Sequence record: OP778610
Direction: 5' to 3' (one strand)
DNA length: 64,000 bases
From: Escherichia phage W70
The position numbers were made by a program, and so were the translations under genes. Under the pieces are notes generated by a model. It saw only the letters and a list, made by a program, of their open reading frames with translations, was not told the origin of the DNA and searched no databases. Positions 25,978-35,750 of this stretch are shown in pieces; positions within the stretch are counted from its first letter, which is position 1, and each line of letters begins with the position of its first letter.

Positions 25978-26316
25978 TTATAATTCTTCAGTATTTTCCA
26001 CAGCATGAGCCAGTTCGCTCAAGAAATCTTTCAAGCCAATGGTGTACGATTCAACAAGAGCCTCTGCAATTTGGCTCTTAAACTCCGAATCGGCTAACTC
26101 TTCCATCCGGCTATGTACGCTGATGTTCGTAATCAGAAACTTAACGATATAGCTCGCCTTGTAGAGCAAAGGGAAGTAATCTTCTACCATGTTTTCAATA
26201 CGGAAGTATTTTTCTGCGTTGTATTCCCACATAAAAACAGCCGTCAGTTCTTTGGCAAGTTCATGGTCTTTTTTAGCCATTGCAATCAGATGTTCGATCT
26301 CTGCTTGTTCAACCAT
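25978..26316 (-). CDS. hypothetical protein
   Basis: 112 aa; ORF-track frame. Confidence 0.5.
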   Translation of the reverse strand: MVEQAEIEHLIAMAKKDHELAKELTAVFMWEYNAEKYFRIENMVEDYFPLLYKASYIVKFLITNISVHSRMEELADSEFKSQIAEALVESYTIGLKDFLSELAHAVENTEEL

Positions 26317-26528
26317 TAAATGACCTCCTCTTTAAGAATCTCACGATGATCTGCGCTGTACCATCCTTTCATCGTATTAACTACACCAACAGCCTCGCTG
26401 TATGTTTCAAATTTTGATTCTTCATGTGGGCCAATACGGACAGTTACCCAAAACAAGTTAAATACTTTACGATGAACTTCGTAATGCGTTGATTCACCTT
26501 TCCGAACTTTAACGATCCGAACTTTCAT
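26316..26528 (-). CDS. hypothetical small protein
   Basis: start moved to ATG with SD GGAGGG; 70 aa. Confidence 0.45.
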   Translation of the reverse strand: MKVRIVKVRKGESTHYEVHRKVFNLFWVTVRIGPHEESKFETYSEAVGVVNTMKGWYSADHREILKEEVI

Positions 26529-26724
26529 TACACCACCCTCCAAAAGTCATAAATGCTTGATCAACCATATCTTTCCACTCAGGGTAGAGAGCACAAATCA
26601 TGATGTAGACCTCTTCATCAATGTCTTCACACTCCTCCATTTCCAAATACTCTACCACAGGTATGGGCAGAAGGCAATTTATTTCTTTACCCCTGAATTT
26701 CAGACCCTTAACTAATTTTAGCAT
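26509..26724 (-). CDS. hypothetical small protein
   Basis: SD AAGGA; 71 aa. Confidence 0.45.
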   Translation of the reverse strand: MLKLVKGLKFRGKEINCLLPIPVVEYLEMEECEDIDEEVYIMICALYPEWKDMVDQAFMTFGGWCNESSDR

Positions 26725-26725
26725 A

Positions 26726-26965
26726 TCAATCCTTAATCACGTAGAATCCTGATTCGTTCATCAGGACAAAGGACTTGCCGAAGAAATCCTTACGATTATC
26801 CAAAACAAGGTAGAATCTTCGCTCAGACGAGAGGTGATGTGGGTCAGCCATATAGCTTACCCTCGCCGTCATGCCCTTATTCTTCCCTCTTGTGATCCTT
26901 ACCCTTGTACCATTCTCATATTTAATATCCACCGAACCTCCATCGCAACTCTTTATGAATCTCAT
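26726..26965 (-). CDS. hypothetical small protein
   Basis: 79 aa; overlaps upstream gene end. Confidence 0.45.
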   Translation of the reverse strand: MRFIKSCDGGSVDIKYENGTRVRITRGKNKGMTARVSYMADPHHLSSERRFYLVLDNRKDFFGKSFVLMNESGFYVIKD

Positions 26966-27425
26966 CCAACCCTGGTTTCAGTTTTGGAAGATCTCTTATA
27001 AACTCAGGATAGAGGACATTAACGAAGTCAATCTCATCATCTGTGGGTTTTTGAATATCTTCGAAATACTCGTCAAGATTGAATATCTGCCAATCCTTAC
27101 ACCCTGCCTTTCGGACACCCATGAAGATTTCATTGTTACAGGTAGCCATCCAGGAGATCCTAGATCCTTTACCATTCGCATTCGGCAATGTTGAAACACA
27201 GAAGCGTGGTACTTCCTGAACCTTAAAACCCTCGTCATAGTATCCACGACCACGTTGAAATTTAAACTTGGTCTTTCCCACTCTTTGACTAATCTTCATA
27301 TCTCGGCGAAAGCTGTGGTCCCCCGTATAGATCAGTTGACGAAGACACTGAGTATATCTGATCTTTTTCCAATTCCAATCTCGAATGAGTATTTCATAGA
27401 CTTCCTTAAATGCTTCATACGCCAT
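26922..27425 (-). CDS. hypothetical protein
   Basis: 167 aa; ORF-track frame. Confidence 0.5.
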   Translation of the reverse strand: MAYEAFKEVYEILIRDWNWKKIRYTQCLRQLIYTGDHSFRRDMKISQRVGKTKFKFQRGRGYYDEGFKVQEVPRFCVSTLPNANGKGSRISWMATCNNEIFMGVRKAGCKDWQIFNLDEYFEDIQKPTDDEIDFVNVLYPEFIRDLPKLKPGLDEIHKELRWRFGGY

Positions 27426-27654
27426 CGGAGGATTCCTTATCTAGAGCACCAACAATCTCGAACTTTGCTACGCCTAAAACAACCACATGACCCAAGGATT
27501 GTACACCTGTCCACGGAGTACCATTCCTCTTAGGTCGCTTACCAGTTACATCGCAGAAATCATTCCGCATTTCTGTTGCATCAAACAACTCGCCTTTCGG
27601 AAAAACATCTTTGAAGTCAGCGATCACGTTAAGACATTTCAGTTTCATATTCAA
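27415..27654 (-). CDS. hypothetical small protein
   Basis: 79 aa. Confidence 0.45.
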   Translation of the reverse strand: MNMKLKCLNVIADFKDVFPKGELFDATEMRNDFCDVTGKRPKRNGTPWTGVQSLGHVVVLGVAKFEIVGALDKESSDGV

Positions 27655-27991
27655 ACACTCCTCTCTCTAATCTTTGTTTGGCAAGTAACTCCCTTTGTGC
27701 TCTAAGTGGCATCCTGAAAAATATCACAACATTCTCCAAATCCGCTGCCCGTTTTTTAAGCCCTTTGGTGAATTTACCTTCCCGCTTAATTGCATCATAT
27801 ATACCCCTGTACTCCTCTTCAATGGAGTTGTCTTCAAATATCTGGTTGGATACCATACTATCAATCTCCATACCGAGAGCTTCAAAGCTATACCAGTCTA
27901 CATGTTCTTCTGTAACAGGACCTCTTTCTTTGTACACTTGTCCAGTTATTTCATTAACTACGATCGTTGTCATTGGAGTATCTCCTTGCAT
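27629..27991 (-). CDS. hypothetical protein, FFRMP-motif paralog A
   Basis: C-terminal VVIFFRMPLRAQR shared with 27954 gene. Confidence 0.5.
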   Translation of the reverse strand: MQGDTPMTTIVVNEITGQVYKERGPVTEEHVDWYSFEALGMEIDSMVSNQIFEDNSIEEEYRGIYDAIKREGKFTKGLKKRAADLENVVIFFRMPLRAQRELLAKQRLERGVFEYETEMS

Positions 27992-28298
27992 TATACGGCA
28001 TCCTGAAAAAGTTTAAAAGGTTGTAGATAGCAGCAACCCTCTCTCTTACCTTTTCGTCAGAGAAACAATCAGGACCTTCGCTGCAAAGTTTAAAATCTAT
28101 ATCTTCCCACTCAGCGACCACAGATTCGTCTTCGAAAACTCCCTTTTCAAACATCATTCGAATCTCCATCTCCATACCCTTGAAGATTGTAAAAGTAACA
28201 TCTTCAGGATCAAGGTATGATACATTGTCTATAAAGAGGCCCCTTTCGGGATAAATGACCATATGCAAAATAATCCTCCTGTGTCCAATATAATCCAC
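27954..28298 (-). CDS. hypothetical protein, FFRMP-motif paralog B
   Basis: C-terminal LLNFFRMPYNARR. Confidence 0.5.
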   Translation of the reverse strand: MDYIGHRRIILHMVIYPERGLFIDNVSYLDPEDVTFTIFKGMEMEIRMMFEKGVFEDESVVAEWEDIDFKLCSEGPDCFSDEKVRERVAAIYNLLNFFRMPYNARRYSNDNDRS

Positions 28299-28386
28299 CC
28301 AGAAGCGATTTTGACGAGGTTTTCTTAAGATAATGATAAATCACCTTACCTCGTCGTAGACCTCGTTAGAATCGTTCTGAGAGCGT

Positions 28387-28641
28387 TTAAGCCATACCGA
28401 GCAAATTCATCTCTTTTAACAGGCCTTCCAAGGTAGCATTAAACAACACTGGCTTACCTTCCTCCAGCTTATTGAAGAAGATTTCATGAGTCTCATTGTC
28501 TATCTTCGCCATCTCTTTTACCACTTCTTCTGACAAAAAGATATCGCTACCTCTTAACCCAGGGAACATTAAGAGGATTGCCGTTTTTGAATCAGTTGCC
28601 CAACCCTTTCCACCATCCAGACTGAATACCTTGATCATCAT
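28387..28641 (-). CDS. hypothetical protein
   Basis: start moved to ATG right after upstream stop with SD GGAG; 84 aa. Confidence 0.45.
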   Translation of the reverse strand: MMIKVFSLDGGKGWATDSKTAILLMFPGLRGSDIFLSEEVVKEMAKIDNETHEIFFNKLEEGKPVLFNATLEGLLKEMNLLGMA

Positions 28642-28642
28642 T

Positions 28643-28939
28643 TTACTCCAAATTAGCCAGTGCAGTTCGGACTTCAAGAAGAGTTGCCTCTCTTGACTCA
28701 TTTCTTTCCGAGAAATCACGAATTATCATCTTGTACTTCATTTCTTCTTCAGTACGGAGAATCTTCTGTTCGATCAACTTGTAAACTTTGTCCGCTCTTT
28801 CTGGAAACAACGCTGCAAAGAGATTCCAGTCTTCCAATCGACCTTCGTAAGACTCTCCAGAGGTAAAGTACCGATCTCTTTCGATGCTGTCAACAAAATA
28901 ATAACCGAATTCACCATAACGCCAAGTTTCATTTTTCAT
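28643..28939 (-). CDS. hypothetical protein, YFTS..GR.EDWN paralog A
   Basis: motif RYFTSGESYEGRLEDWNLFAALFPE shared with 29101 gene. Confidence 0.5.
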   Translation of the reverse strand: MKNETWRYGEFGYYFVDSIERDRYFTSGESYEGRLEDWNLFAALFPERADKVYKLIEQKILRTEEEMKYKMIIRDFSERNESREATLLEVRTALANLE

Positions 28940-29097
28940 TTGATGTACCGCGCCGCAGCAGTGCCGATAAGGAATCCAGCAGGAACTGCGACGATGATAG
29001 CTTCAACCATTTTCAGGTCCGCTGCAACACAAGCTGCACCAACAACAACAGAACCAGCCCAGATAGCAATTACACGTTTCAAAAATTTAGTATTCAT
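28936..29097 (-). CDS. hypothetical small membrane protein (53 aa)
   Basis: MNTKFLKRVIAIWAGSVVVGAACVAADLKMVEAIIVAVPAGFLIGTAAARYIK; ATGA overlap with downstream gene; not in ORF track. Confidence 0.4.
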   Translation of the reverse strand: MNTKFLKRVIAIWAGSVVVGAACVAADLKMVEAIIVAVPAGFLIGTAAARYIK

Positions 29098-29100
29098 TCG

Positions 29101-29340
29101 TTAGTCTCCTGATTTTGTTAAGTTTTCTTTTATTTTTACGTATTCAATTAAAGAGTTTGCAAGTTCACCATCGATTTTCTCACAAACCATTAGTATCTCT
29201 CTTACCTTTTCGGGATGAACAGACTCATAAAAGTTCCAATCCTCTGTTCTTCCTTCTGGAGTTTTAGAAGTGAAGTATTCTTCTCTGTCTTGCTCCGGTA
29301 AGAGATAATATACAAGATTCAGCCTTTTATCGTCAAGCAC
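29101..29340 (-). CDS. hypothetical protein, YFTS..GR.EDWN paralog B
   Basis: motif EYFTSKTPEGRTEDWNFYESVHPE. Confidence 0.5.
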   Translation of the reverse strand: MLDDKRLNLVYYLLPEQDREEYFTSKTPEGRTEDWNFYESVHPEKVREILMVCEKIDGELANSLIEYVKIKENLTKSGD

Positions 29341-29349
29341 TTTATCACC

Positions 29350-29724
29350 TTATTCGTAAAAAAGTTTATCCGCTTGCTCATTCAACCAACCCTGGCGAAA
29401 AGCCCCCTTGAGTACCTCTGCCCACTTCGGATTTGCTGCCTCTAAGAGAAGAATTTCTTCTTTCTCTATGTTCATAGGATCAGCAAAGAAATCCAAAATC
29501 TGTTCATTAAATATACCCTCTATCAAGATCCCTTTATATTTCAACGTCAAACGTTTTGTCATAAAACCTTGAGATAACAAAGCCTCCTCCACATCGAGTT
29601 TCGTAGTTGGAGGGTTTGGAAAAGGAAAGCCCGTCATAGGTGTTGGCGATGCACCTGTCTTCACAAAGGTATTCCCTCCAGTATTATTGAAGAAACCTTT
29701 CGCATTTTTATCATAAAGCGACAT
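29350..29724 (-). CDS. hypothetical protein
   Basis: 124 aa. Confidence 0.5.
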   Translation of the reverse strand: MSLYDKNAKGFFNNTGGNTFVKTGASPTPMTGFPFPNPPTTKLDVEEALLSQGFMTKRLTLKYKGILIEGIFNEQILDFFADPMNIEKEEILLLEAANPKWAEVLKGAFRQGWLNEQADKLFYE

Positions 29725-29727
29725 ATT

Positions 29728-30165
29728 TCATACCCCCTCTTGAATTTTTATCTCTGCCTCGTCCAAAGCTTCACCCATTGCAAGGATATACCTTGAAATT
29801 TCAGGAAACAACGCTTCAAACATCTCTATCTCTTCTTCAAGTATATCCGTTGGATCGAGGAAATACTCTTCAAGGACTATCCGCTTTGTCCCACTCTTGT
29901 TGCCATAAGTAACAAAAACGAAACGATCAGGTTTGCCAATAGAATCTTTGGAGGTTCTCCATTGGAAAAGATGCCTGTTTGAACTTATGTTTATCCTTTT
30001 GTCAGCCTTGTCCAGCGGGATTCTAAAACTTACGGATGTTGACATTCCTTCGGATTGAGTCCATTTTTCACTCTTCTTAAAAATATTGTTCCGGTATCTG
30101 TTTTTACCTAAGGCATTAAAAGTCCACTGCCTGCTCAATCTCTCGATTATCTCTTTAGTTTTCAA
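29728..30165 (-). CDS. hypothetical protein
   Basis: 145 aa; ATGA overlap with upstream gene. Confidence 0.5.
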   Translation of the reverse strand: MKTKEIIERLSRQWTFNALGKNRYRNNIFKKSEKWTQSEGMSTSVSFRIPLDKADKRINISSNRHLFQWRTSKDSIGKPDRFVFVTYGNKSGTKRIVLEEYFLDPTDILEEEIEMFEALFPEISRYILAMGEALDEAEIKIQEGV

Positions 30166-30683
30166 AACGGTATGTCCTCGTCAACAATAAATTTTATAGC
30201 ATTCTTTACAGCCGCTTTATTCAGATGTTGAACACGCTGGAAGAACATTAGGTTCAAGTCAAGAAGAATATCATCATCTCCGTACAACGCCGTGAAAAGA
30301 TCAAGCTCTTCATCTGTCGGATGCGTGGGATTCTCAAATAAGCCCTCAAACACCACCTGGGCCTCATTTCTTTTAGCCAGCGTGGTTGAGTCTCGATAGA
30401 TATTTAATACCGTGTGTACATCATCTACGCTTAGGATTTTGACACATTCCAGATCTCCTGTGTCACCATCGAGATAAAGAGTGATCGCAGGAGTTGACCA
30501 ATTTGATTCACTTATTGCATAAACGTAGATGCTTTTGCGATTACCAACTGCAATAGACTCTTCAATTTTCTTTTCTGCCGCCTTAAAGAAAGGTTGGTGT
30601 TTGATCCAATGCTCCCAACCAATCCAACGAGCACCCTTACCATACGCATTCAGCACATGATTCTCAATGTTACGTTTACTCAT
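30162..30683 (-). CDS. hypothetical protein
   Basis: 173 aa. Confidence 0.5.
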   Translation of the reverse strand: MSKRNIENHVLNAYGKGARWIGWEHWIKHQPFFKAAEKKIEESIAVGNRKSIYVYAISESNWSTPAITLYLDGDTGDLECVKILSVDDVHTVLNIYRDSTTLAKRNEAQVVFEGLFENPTHPTDEELDLFTALYGDDDILLDLNLMFFQRVQHLNKAAVKNAIKFIVDEDIPF

Positions 30684-30735
30684 TTAAAACCCCCATAAAA
30701 GAAAAGCCAGCCACCTTTCGGTGACTGGCCTAGAG

Positions 30736-31203
30736 TTAGCTACTAATCACCACGAATGCAGTAACTATAGCATACAGAAATCCAATTGCAACAAAAATTA
30801 TCATAATGGGGTCAGAGGTTACTCGCTTAAGTTTTCCTAAGAAAGTTGATCGGTATTTGTGTTCCTTCTCCATTTTGTTTATCAAAATGATGAAAGAGTT
30901 GATATGAATATCTTCAGCACTCTCTGCAAAAGGTGTGTACTTGAACGTACCTTCTGTATTTGCAACAAAGCTGCGATGATACTTTTTACCGTCATAACTT
31001 TCTATAAGAAGACCATCCTTTGTCACCCGATAACTGACTGAACGGAACTTGTCATAAAAAACGTATGCCCTGAATCCATCTTGATCGGGAACAGCCTTTC
31101 TGACGTAGCCGTCAAAAAACTCCAATCTCTTTCCAGAATTCAGTTCCAAGTTGTCAGCTAACATAGGGAGTTGACTTACGTATGTAAAGTACATAATGAT
31201 CAT
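30736..31203 (-). CDS. hypothetical protein with C-terminal TM anchor
   Basis: C-term DPIMIIFVAIGFLYAIVTAFVVISS. Confidence 0.5.
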   Translation of the reverse strand: MIIMYFTYVSQLPMLADNLELNSGKRLEFFDGYVRKAVPDQDGFRAYVFYDKFRSVSYRVTKDGLLIESYDGKKYHRSFVANTEGTFKYTPFAESAEDIHINSFIILINKMEKEHKYRSTFLGKLKRVTSDPIMIIFVAIGFLYAIVTAFVVISS

Positions 31204-31395
31204 CCTTCCACTAAGCTGAAATCATTTTATCATATTATGAAAAAATACAACAGCGAAGATCGGTCATGAACACTATGTTGTTAATTTTTACAACAGGACT
31301 CCAAAAAAGTATTTAAATCACTTAAATCGATTTTAATACATAGAAAATACCTATGGACCAGATCTGACCCATAGGCTATACCTTAATGTGAAATT

Positions 31396-31974
31396 TTATT
31401 CATTTCCCCGATATTTTTGAATTGCGATCGAAGTCCTTGGTTCAGCCAGTCCAGTTCCATATGCATACCATTTGCCAGTGAGTGTTTTTCGAGCACCGTA
31501 GGACCCAATCTCCATGTCGTCACAATAAACATCGTAACCGATCGGGGTCTTAACTAAAAAGAGTACATTACGAGGAATCCCTAAGAGGGTAAACATCGAT
31601 ATGGCATCTTTTGCGATCTCGTGAGAAATCTTCTCTGCATTCTTTTTACTGGTTGCACTTCTAAACAGTTCCATCTTTAAGAAGATATTGAAATGAATAT
31701 CATCAAGAACCATCTCATCACGGAAGCATGGGGTCACAGCCATCCAACTGCCATCTTCCAACTTCCCTTCTTTGTCGAGTTGGAGGAATGATTGCTCTGC
31801 GGAAGCCACTGCATATTTCCCGTTCTGGACAATTCGAAGATCAGTAACATCTTCGGGGCATGTATGGTCCATAGCATCATCATCCACATAGCTTGGGACA
31901 ACCTTATCATTGAAACCTTTACATTTCCACCAACTGTGGGCATCAATAAACAATGTGAAGTCGATGTTTGACAT
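31396..31974 (-). CDS. hypothetical protein
   Basis: start moved to MSNIDF ATG adjacent to upstream stop; 192 aa. Confidence 0.45.
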   Translation of the reverse strand: MSNIDFTLFIDAHSWWKCKGFNDKVVPSYVDDDAMDHTCPEDVTDLRIVQNGKYAVASAEQSFLQLDKEGKLEDGSWMAVTPCFRDEMVLDDIHFNIFLKMELFRSATSKKNAEKISHEIAKDAISMFTLLGIPRNVLFLVKTPIGYDVYCDDMEIGSYGARKTLTGKWYAYGTGLAEPRTSIAIQKYRGNE

Positions 31975-31975
31975 T

Positions 31976-32479
31976 TTAGCCTCGCTTACCATTCTGGAAT
32001 GCACGTTTAGTAATTTTTGACATAACCATCAGGTCTTCTATTGAAGTGCTTGGATGATACTTATTCAGGTAGGCTTCCATAGCACCGACCAGATCAGAAA
32101 GCTCTACCAACTCCATGATCTTACATTTTTGTTTAGCTGCATCCTTGAGTTCATCAAGTTCTTCTTGAATCTTAGTGATCTCTCCAAGCTCTCCGCGAGG
32201 GAAAGTATCCAGATGATAACCAGGTTTTTGTTCTTCAATACCCTCATGTCCGACAACACGAAATTTTCCGGCAGCGAAACGCCAAACACCTTCAAAATAC
32301 ACAATGTAATGTTCCGACTCTACAATGAAGATAGTGTCGAAATTTTTAAATTTAAAAAATCCTTCGACAAGATTATCTTCTGTACTGAAACTTCCTAAGA
32401 AGTTGAGTTCTTGCTCCGTATGAAATTCCATAACCATATTTTCGTTCTGGAGTTTCGTCAGCAATTTTAAAATTTTCAT
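31976..32479 (-). CDS. hypothetical protein, possible MazG-like all-alpha NTP pyrophosphohydrolase
   Basis: start moved to MKILKL ATG with SD AGAGGAGAGAA; C-terminal GELGEITKIQEELDELKD..ELVELSDLVGAMEAYL. Confidence 0.35.
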   Translation of the reverse strand: MKILKLLTKLQNENMVMEFHTEQELNFLGSFSTEDNLVEGFFKFKNFDTIFIVESEHYIVYFEGVWRFAAGKFRVVGHEGIEEQKPGYHLDTFPRGELGEITKIQEELDELKDAAKQKCKIMELVELSDLVGAMEAYLNKYHPSTSIEDLMVMSKITKRAFQNGKRG

Positions 32480-32490
32480 TTTCTCTCCTC

Positions 32491-32979
32491 TTATGGGCAA
32501 CACCGTGGAGATCTTCCACAGAAGAATTGCCAATTGGTTTCTGAGTCTTTGTAATTTACAAACCCTATCCTTCCGCACCCTTGTCCACTACAAACAGCCT
32601 CACGAGGATGATAGTCTATACTACAAGAGTGTGGATGGTCAAATGCTTCTCGTATTTCAACACATAGTCGGCTTAACCAGGCGAACATTTTTGGCATAGA
32701 AGCCTCAAGAAGTTTAAGTTCGTCGATCGTAGGTTTGTCTTTCTCAAGGAAGAAGTCATCTATCTCGGAAAACAAAATAACGTTTTGAACTATCCCGTCA
32801 GTTACCTTGTAAGAGAACTCCTCAGTAAGCCTCACGGTAACTTCCTCTATCAGTTCTTTTTCATTATCTTGATCTTTTGCCAGTCTTTCCTCAATCCATC
32901 GGATAATGAAGAATCTTTCTCTCTGAACATCCATGTTCAAAGTGTTGATTATTTTTTCATAGATTAGGTTTCCTTCCAT
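32491..32979 (-). CDS. hypothetical Cys-rich protein
   Basis: C-terminal Cys/His cluster HPHSCSIDYH..CSGQGCGR..CGRSPRCCP. Confidence 0.5.
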   Translation of the reverse strand: MEGNLIYEKIINTLNMDVQRERFFIIRWIEERLAKDQDNEKELIEEVTVRLTEEFSYKVTDGIVQNVILFSEIDDFFLEKDKPTIDELKLLEASMPKMFAWLSRLCVEIREAFDHPHSCSIDYHPREAVCSGQGCGRIGFVNYKDSETNWQFFCGRSPRCCP

Positions 32980-34091
32980 ACCTTGTCTTGTGCCTCCAGG
33001 ATAAGTTTTTCAACAATCTTCAGATCTGTTTTCTTTGGTAAGCTCGATTGCTTATAAAGAACATCTGTGATCATTTTATCTTTTTCTTCAGCCCAGTCAA
33101 CAATTTCTTCATAGCGGTATTCACCATTTCGGATTGCGAGGAGTTCTTCAGCGTCTGGTCGATTCACTAAAACTTTACCTTCTGTGAGGATTTCTTCACC
33201 CATCCGAAGAAGCCGGACCAAATGCATAGCATGTTTAGTGTCGTAACCGAACTTCTCTTCCAGTTCATGACGCTTCTCGTTACGATTCTTAACCCATTCC
33301 CAATAGTTGTGGTGTTTCTCCTTGGCCCATTTATGATCGTCAGCACAATACTTAACAATCATCAGTGTCTTACCTCTTTTAACTTCATCTGGGATTTCTT
33401 CATAGTCCAGCTTACGGATAGAACCATCTTTGTTAAACATAGGTTCAACATTTTCACGACGATCCTCTACAACGCCGTAAATGTTACTGCCGTAATGAAC
33501 CAAAGTACAGAAGCCTTCCATGTTTTTAAATTTACGAACAAAGTCTTCGTACTTCAACTCACCTTCTCCGAGATAGCTCTGCACCAGACGGAAATAGTCA
33601 AATTGAGTTGGTGGCTCTTTTGGTTGCGGATTATTAATGTGTTTGTTGTGACCCTTGATCCGCTTTAACTGAGACATTGCATAACCACTGAAGCGAAATG
33701 CAACTTCACGAGACAGTAAGGAGTAGAAATGTTCTTTCATCTCTTTCCAAGCTTCGTGCTCGTACAATGTGGCTTTCGGATCAGTAAAACCCAGTTCAAT
33801 GATATTTGGGTTCATCTTCGAAAACAGTTGAAGGAAAGTTCCCAATTCGTAGATCTTAGCATCCTCTTCACCAGGGATGTTTAATTCAGTAACCTCTTTG
33901 AATGGGGTACGAACCACATTTGGGGTTGCAACAAAAACCCCACGGATATCAATATCACTACCTTCGTTATTCGTACCATACGCATGAGATCCTGCCAGAC
34001 TCAACATCAGTACCTTCGCCACGTCTGGATGATTTTCCATCTTCTCTACGATACTTTTTACCTTTCCAGCACTCACAACTGAATTTTCCAT
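32964..34091 (-). CDS. Pol-beta superfamily nucleotidyltransferase (GS-x9-DxD)
   Basis: LAGSHAYGTNNEGSDIDIRGVF motif near N-terminus; 375 aa with long helical C-terminal region. Confidence 0.5.
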   Translation of the reverse strand: MENSVVSAGKVKSIVEKMENHPDVAKVLMLSLAGSHAYGTNNEGSDIDIRGVFVATPNVVRTPFKEVTELNIPGEEDAKIYELGTFLQLFSKMNPNIIELGFTDPKATLYEHEAWKEMKEHFYSLLSREVAFRFSGYAMSQLKRIKGHNKHINNPQPKEPPTQFDYFRLVQSYLGEGELKYEDFVRKFKNMEGFCTLVHYGSNIYGVVEDRRENVEPMFNKDGSIRKLDYEEIPDEVKRGKTLMIVKYCADDHKWAKEKHHNYWEWVKNRNEKRHELEEKFGYDTKHAMHLVRLLRMGEEILTEGKVLVNRPDAEELLAIRNGEYRYEEIVDWAEEKDKMITDVLYKQSSLPKKTDLKIVEKLILEAQDKVWKET

Positions 34092-34181
34092 TTATCCTCC
34101 AATCATGTAAGTCACACAAGCCAACCCAGTTGGCCTGTTTAATCTTTATAAAGTTTACGCAGCTTGTGCAGTCTTTTTTAT

Positions 34182-34577
34182 TTATAGGCATTTCACACCA
34201 TAAATGATCATCAATACAACAAGTGTCAGTGTATAGATCAAACTCCCATAAAGTCCATGACTGGTGATTTTAAGCTTTTTCTTAAAGCACATCATTGTAC
34301 TATAAATTACACCAGTCCAGTGAATCACTAAAATCGCGGTGGCAATATCTGAAACATTACCCGCCCAAAGCATCAGAGAGTATGAGAGGTACATTGCAAA
34401 ACCTGATAGCAGGAATGTAAACAAATAACCAATTACACTTTTCTTTTTCTGATATACGATTTTATTTTTCATGGTATCGATGTTCAGATTGTAATAGGCA
34501 ACTGCCACTATCTGGATAATCAGCCCCAAGATAAAGAAAGAGATCAGTGTAACGTATTCAAAAATTGGTGCAGTCAT
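34182..34577 (-). CDS. hypothetical integral membrane protein
   Basis: 4 predicted TM helices. Confidence 0.5.
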   Translation of the reverse strand: MTAPIFEYVTLISFFILGLIIQIVAVAYYNLNIDTMKNKIVYQKKKSVIGYLFTFLLSGFAMYLSYSLMLWAGNVSDIATAILVIHWTGVIYSTMMCFKKKLKITSHGLYGSLIYTLTLVVLMIIYGVKCL

Positions 34578-34975
34578 TATAATTTCTCCTCAATAATTTC
34601 AGAAATGAGATTCGAGATCTCGAAAGTTTCTAACTCTTCGACGTGTGACAAGCGCTGGAGGCGCTCGATAACAAAGTCTTTCTTCACAAATACATCCGAC
34701 AAATGCTCAATGTCCTGCTTACCACGCATTCCGCTAACCAACTGCTTGTATCGGATGAGTTCAATATACTCCTCTTTAGACATTACTGTCAAGCGTTCAT
34801 CTGCACAAATATGCAAAAATACTTGCTTGCTGTCCCAGTCAAATCCTCTGTACACTGCCTCTACTTCACGGCGTGGTGTCCCGCCCAGTGTTACATGACC
34901 AACCTCAACAGGGATAGATACCTGATCATCAGGTCGGCACTGCTGCAACTCCTCAATCAATTCAGAAACTTTCAT
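34577..34975 (-). CDS. hypothetical protein
   Basis: 132 aa. Confidence 0.5.
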   Translation of the reverse strand: MKVSELIEELQQCRPDDQVSIPVEVGHVTLGGTPRREVEAVYRGFDWDSKQVFLHICADERLTVMSKEEYIELIRYKQLVSGMRGKQDIEHLSDVFVKKDFVIERLQRLSHVEELETFEISNLISEIIEEKL

Positions 34976-34977
34976 AG

Positions 34978-35433
34978 TTACCCCTGCTTAAGCTTGAAAG
35001 ATTTAAATGCTTCGATAAAGTCCATTTCTTTTTGCGTATACTTATGATCGATTGTATCAGCGAAAAGAGGGCAACGACCATCAACCAACTTCACATCCCA
35101 CAGATGTTGAGGGAGAATAAATGCAATGGCTGTAAGTGCACCATTCAAAGAATCATTCTCCTCGCAGAAAAATGCGTAAGGAATCTTCTCTATGTTTGGA
35201 GCTAAAAATCCTTCTGCAAAATTAAGCATCTTAGATTGATAGCCTCCGTTCAACAAGATCATTGTTTGGTCTTTGCTTTGCCACTGATCTACAAGGTTGT
35301 ATCTGTCATCATATCGATCGGCATAGGCAAAGCCATAATGACCTACAAGGTTTGCTGCTGCATGTGCTGCTTGGATACCTGCTTGGATTCCCATCATATA
35401 GCTGTTTACCAATACGTACATCCGAGTTTTCAA
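34978..35433 (-). CDS. hypothetical protein
   Basis: 151 aa. Confidence 0.5.
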   Translation of the reverse strand: MKTRMYVLVNSYMMGIQAGIQAAHAAANLVGHYGFAYADRYDDRYNLVDQWQSKDQTMILLNGGYQSKMLNFAEGFLAPNIEKIPYAFFCEENDSLNGALTAIAFILPQHLWDVKLVDGRCPLFADTIDHKYTQKEMDFIEAFKSFKLKQG

Positions 35434-35750
35434 TTCTTACCTCCGAAAATTCTTTTTGCAAATTTTTCATTACCTAACGTCATGTTGTAGAAAACTATAA
35501 TTGAATAGACAATCCACGCAAGGACATAAAATAAAATCAAGAAAGGCCAGCCCACAAACCAAAACACTGTCATTATTAACCAGCCCGTCATAAGGAGTTT
35601 ATAATTAACATTCCCGTGATTTAAAGGGTCAAGTAAGTTACTGTTCTCTGGCAGGGTGATACGAAACCCACCTTGACGAAGCTTGATCAAAAAGAACCAA
35701 GCAGCAGAACTTATAATGCAACATAAAATATATATCAGTAATCCTGTCAT
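35430..35750 (-). CDS. hypothetical membrane protein, tandem paralog B
   Basis: WFFLIKLRQGGF motif and TM helices shared with 35747 gene. Confidence 0.5.
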   Translation of the reverse strand: MTGLLIYILCCIISSAAWFFLIKLRQGGFRITLPENSNLLDPLNHGNVNYKLLMTGWLIMTVFWFVGWPFLILFYVLAWIVYSIIVFYNMTLGNEKFAKRIFGGKN

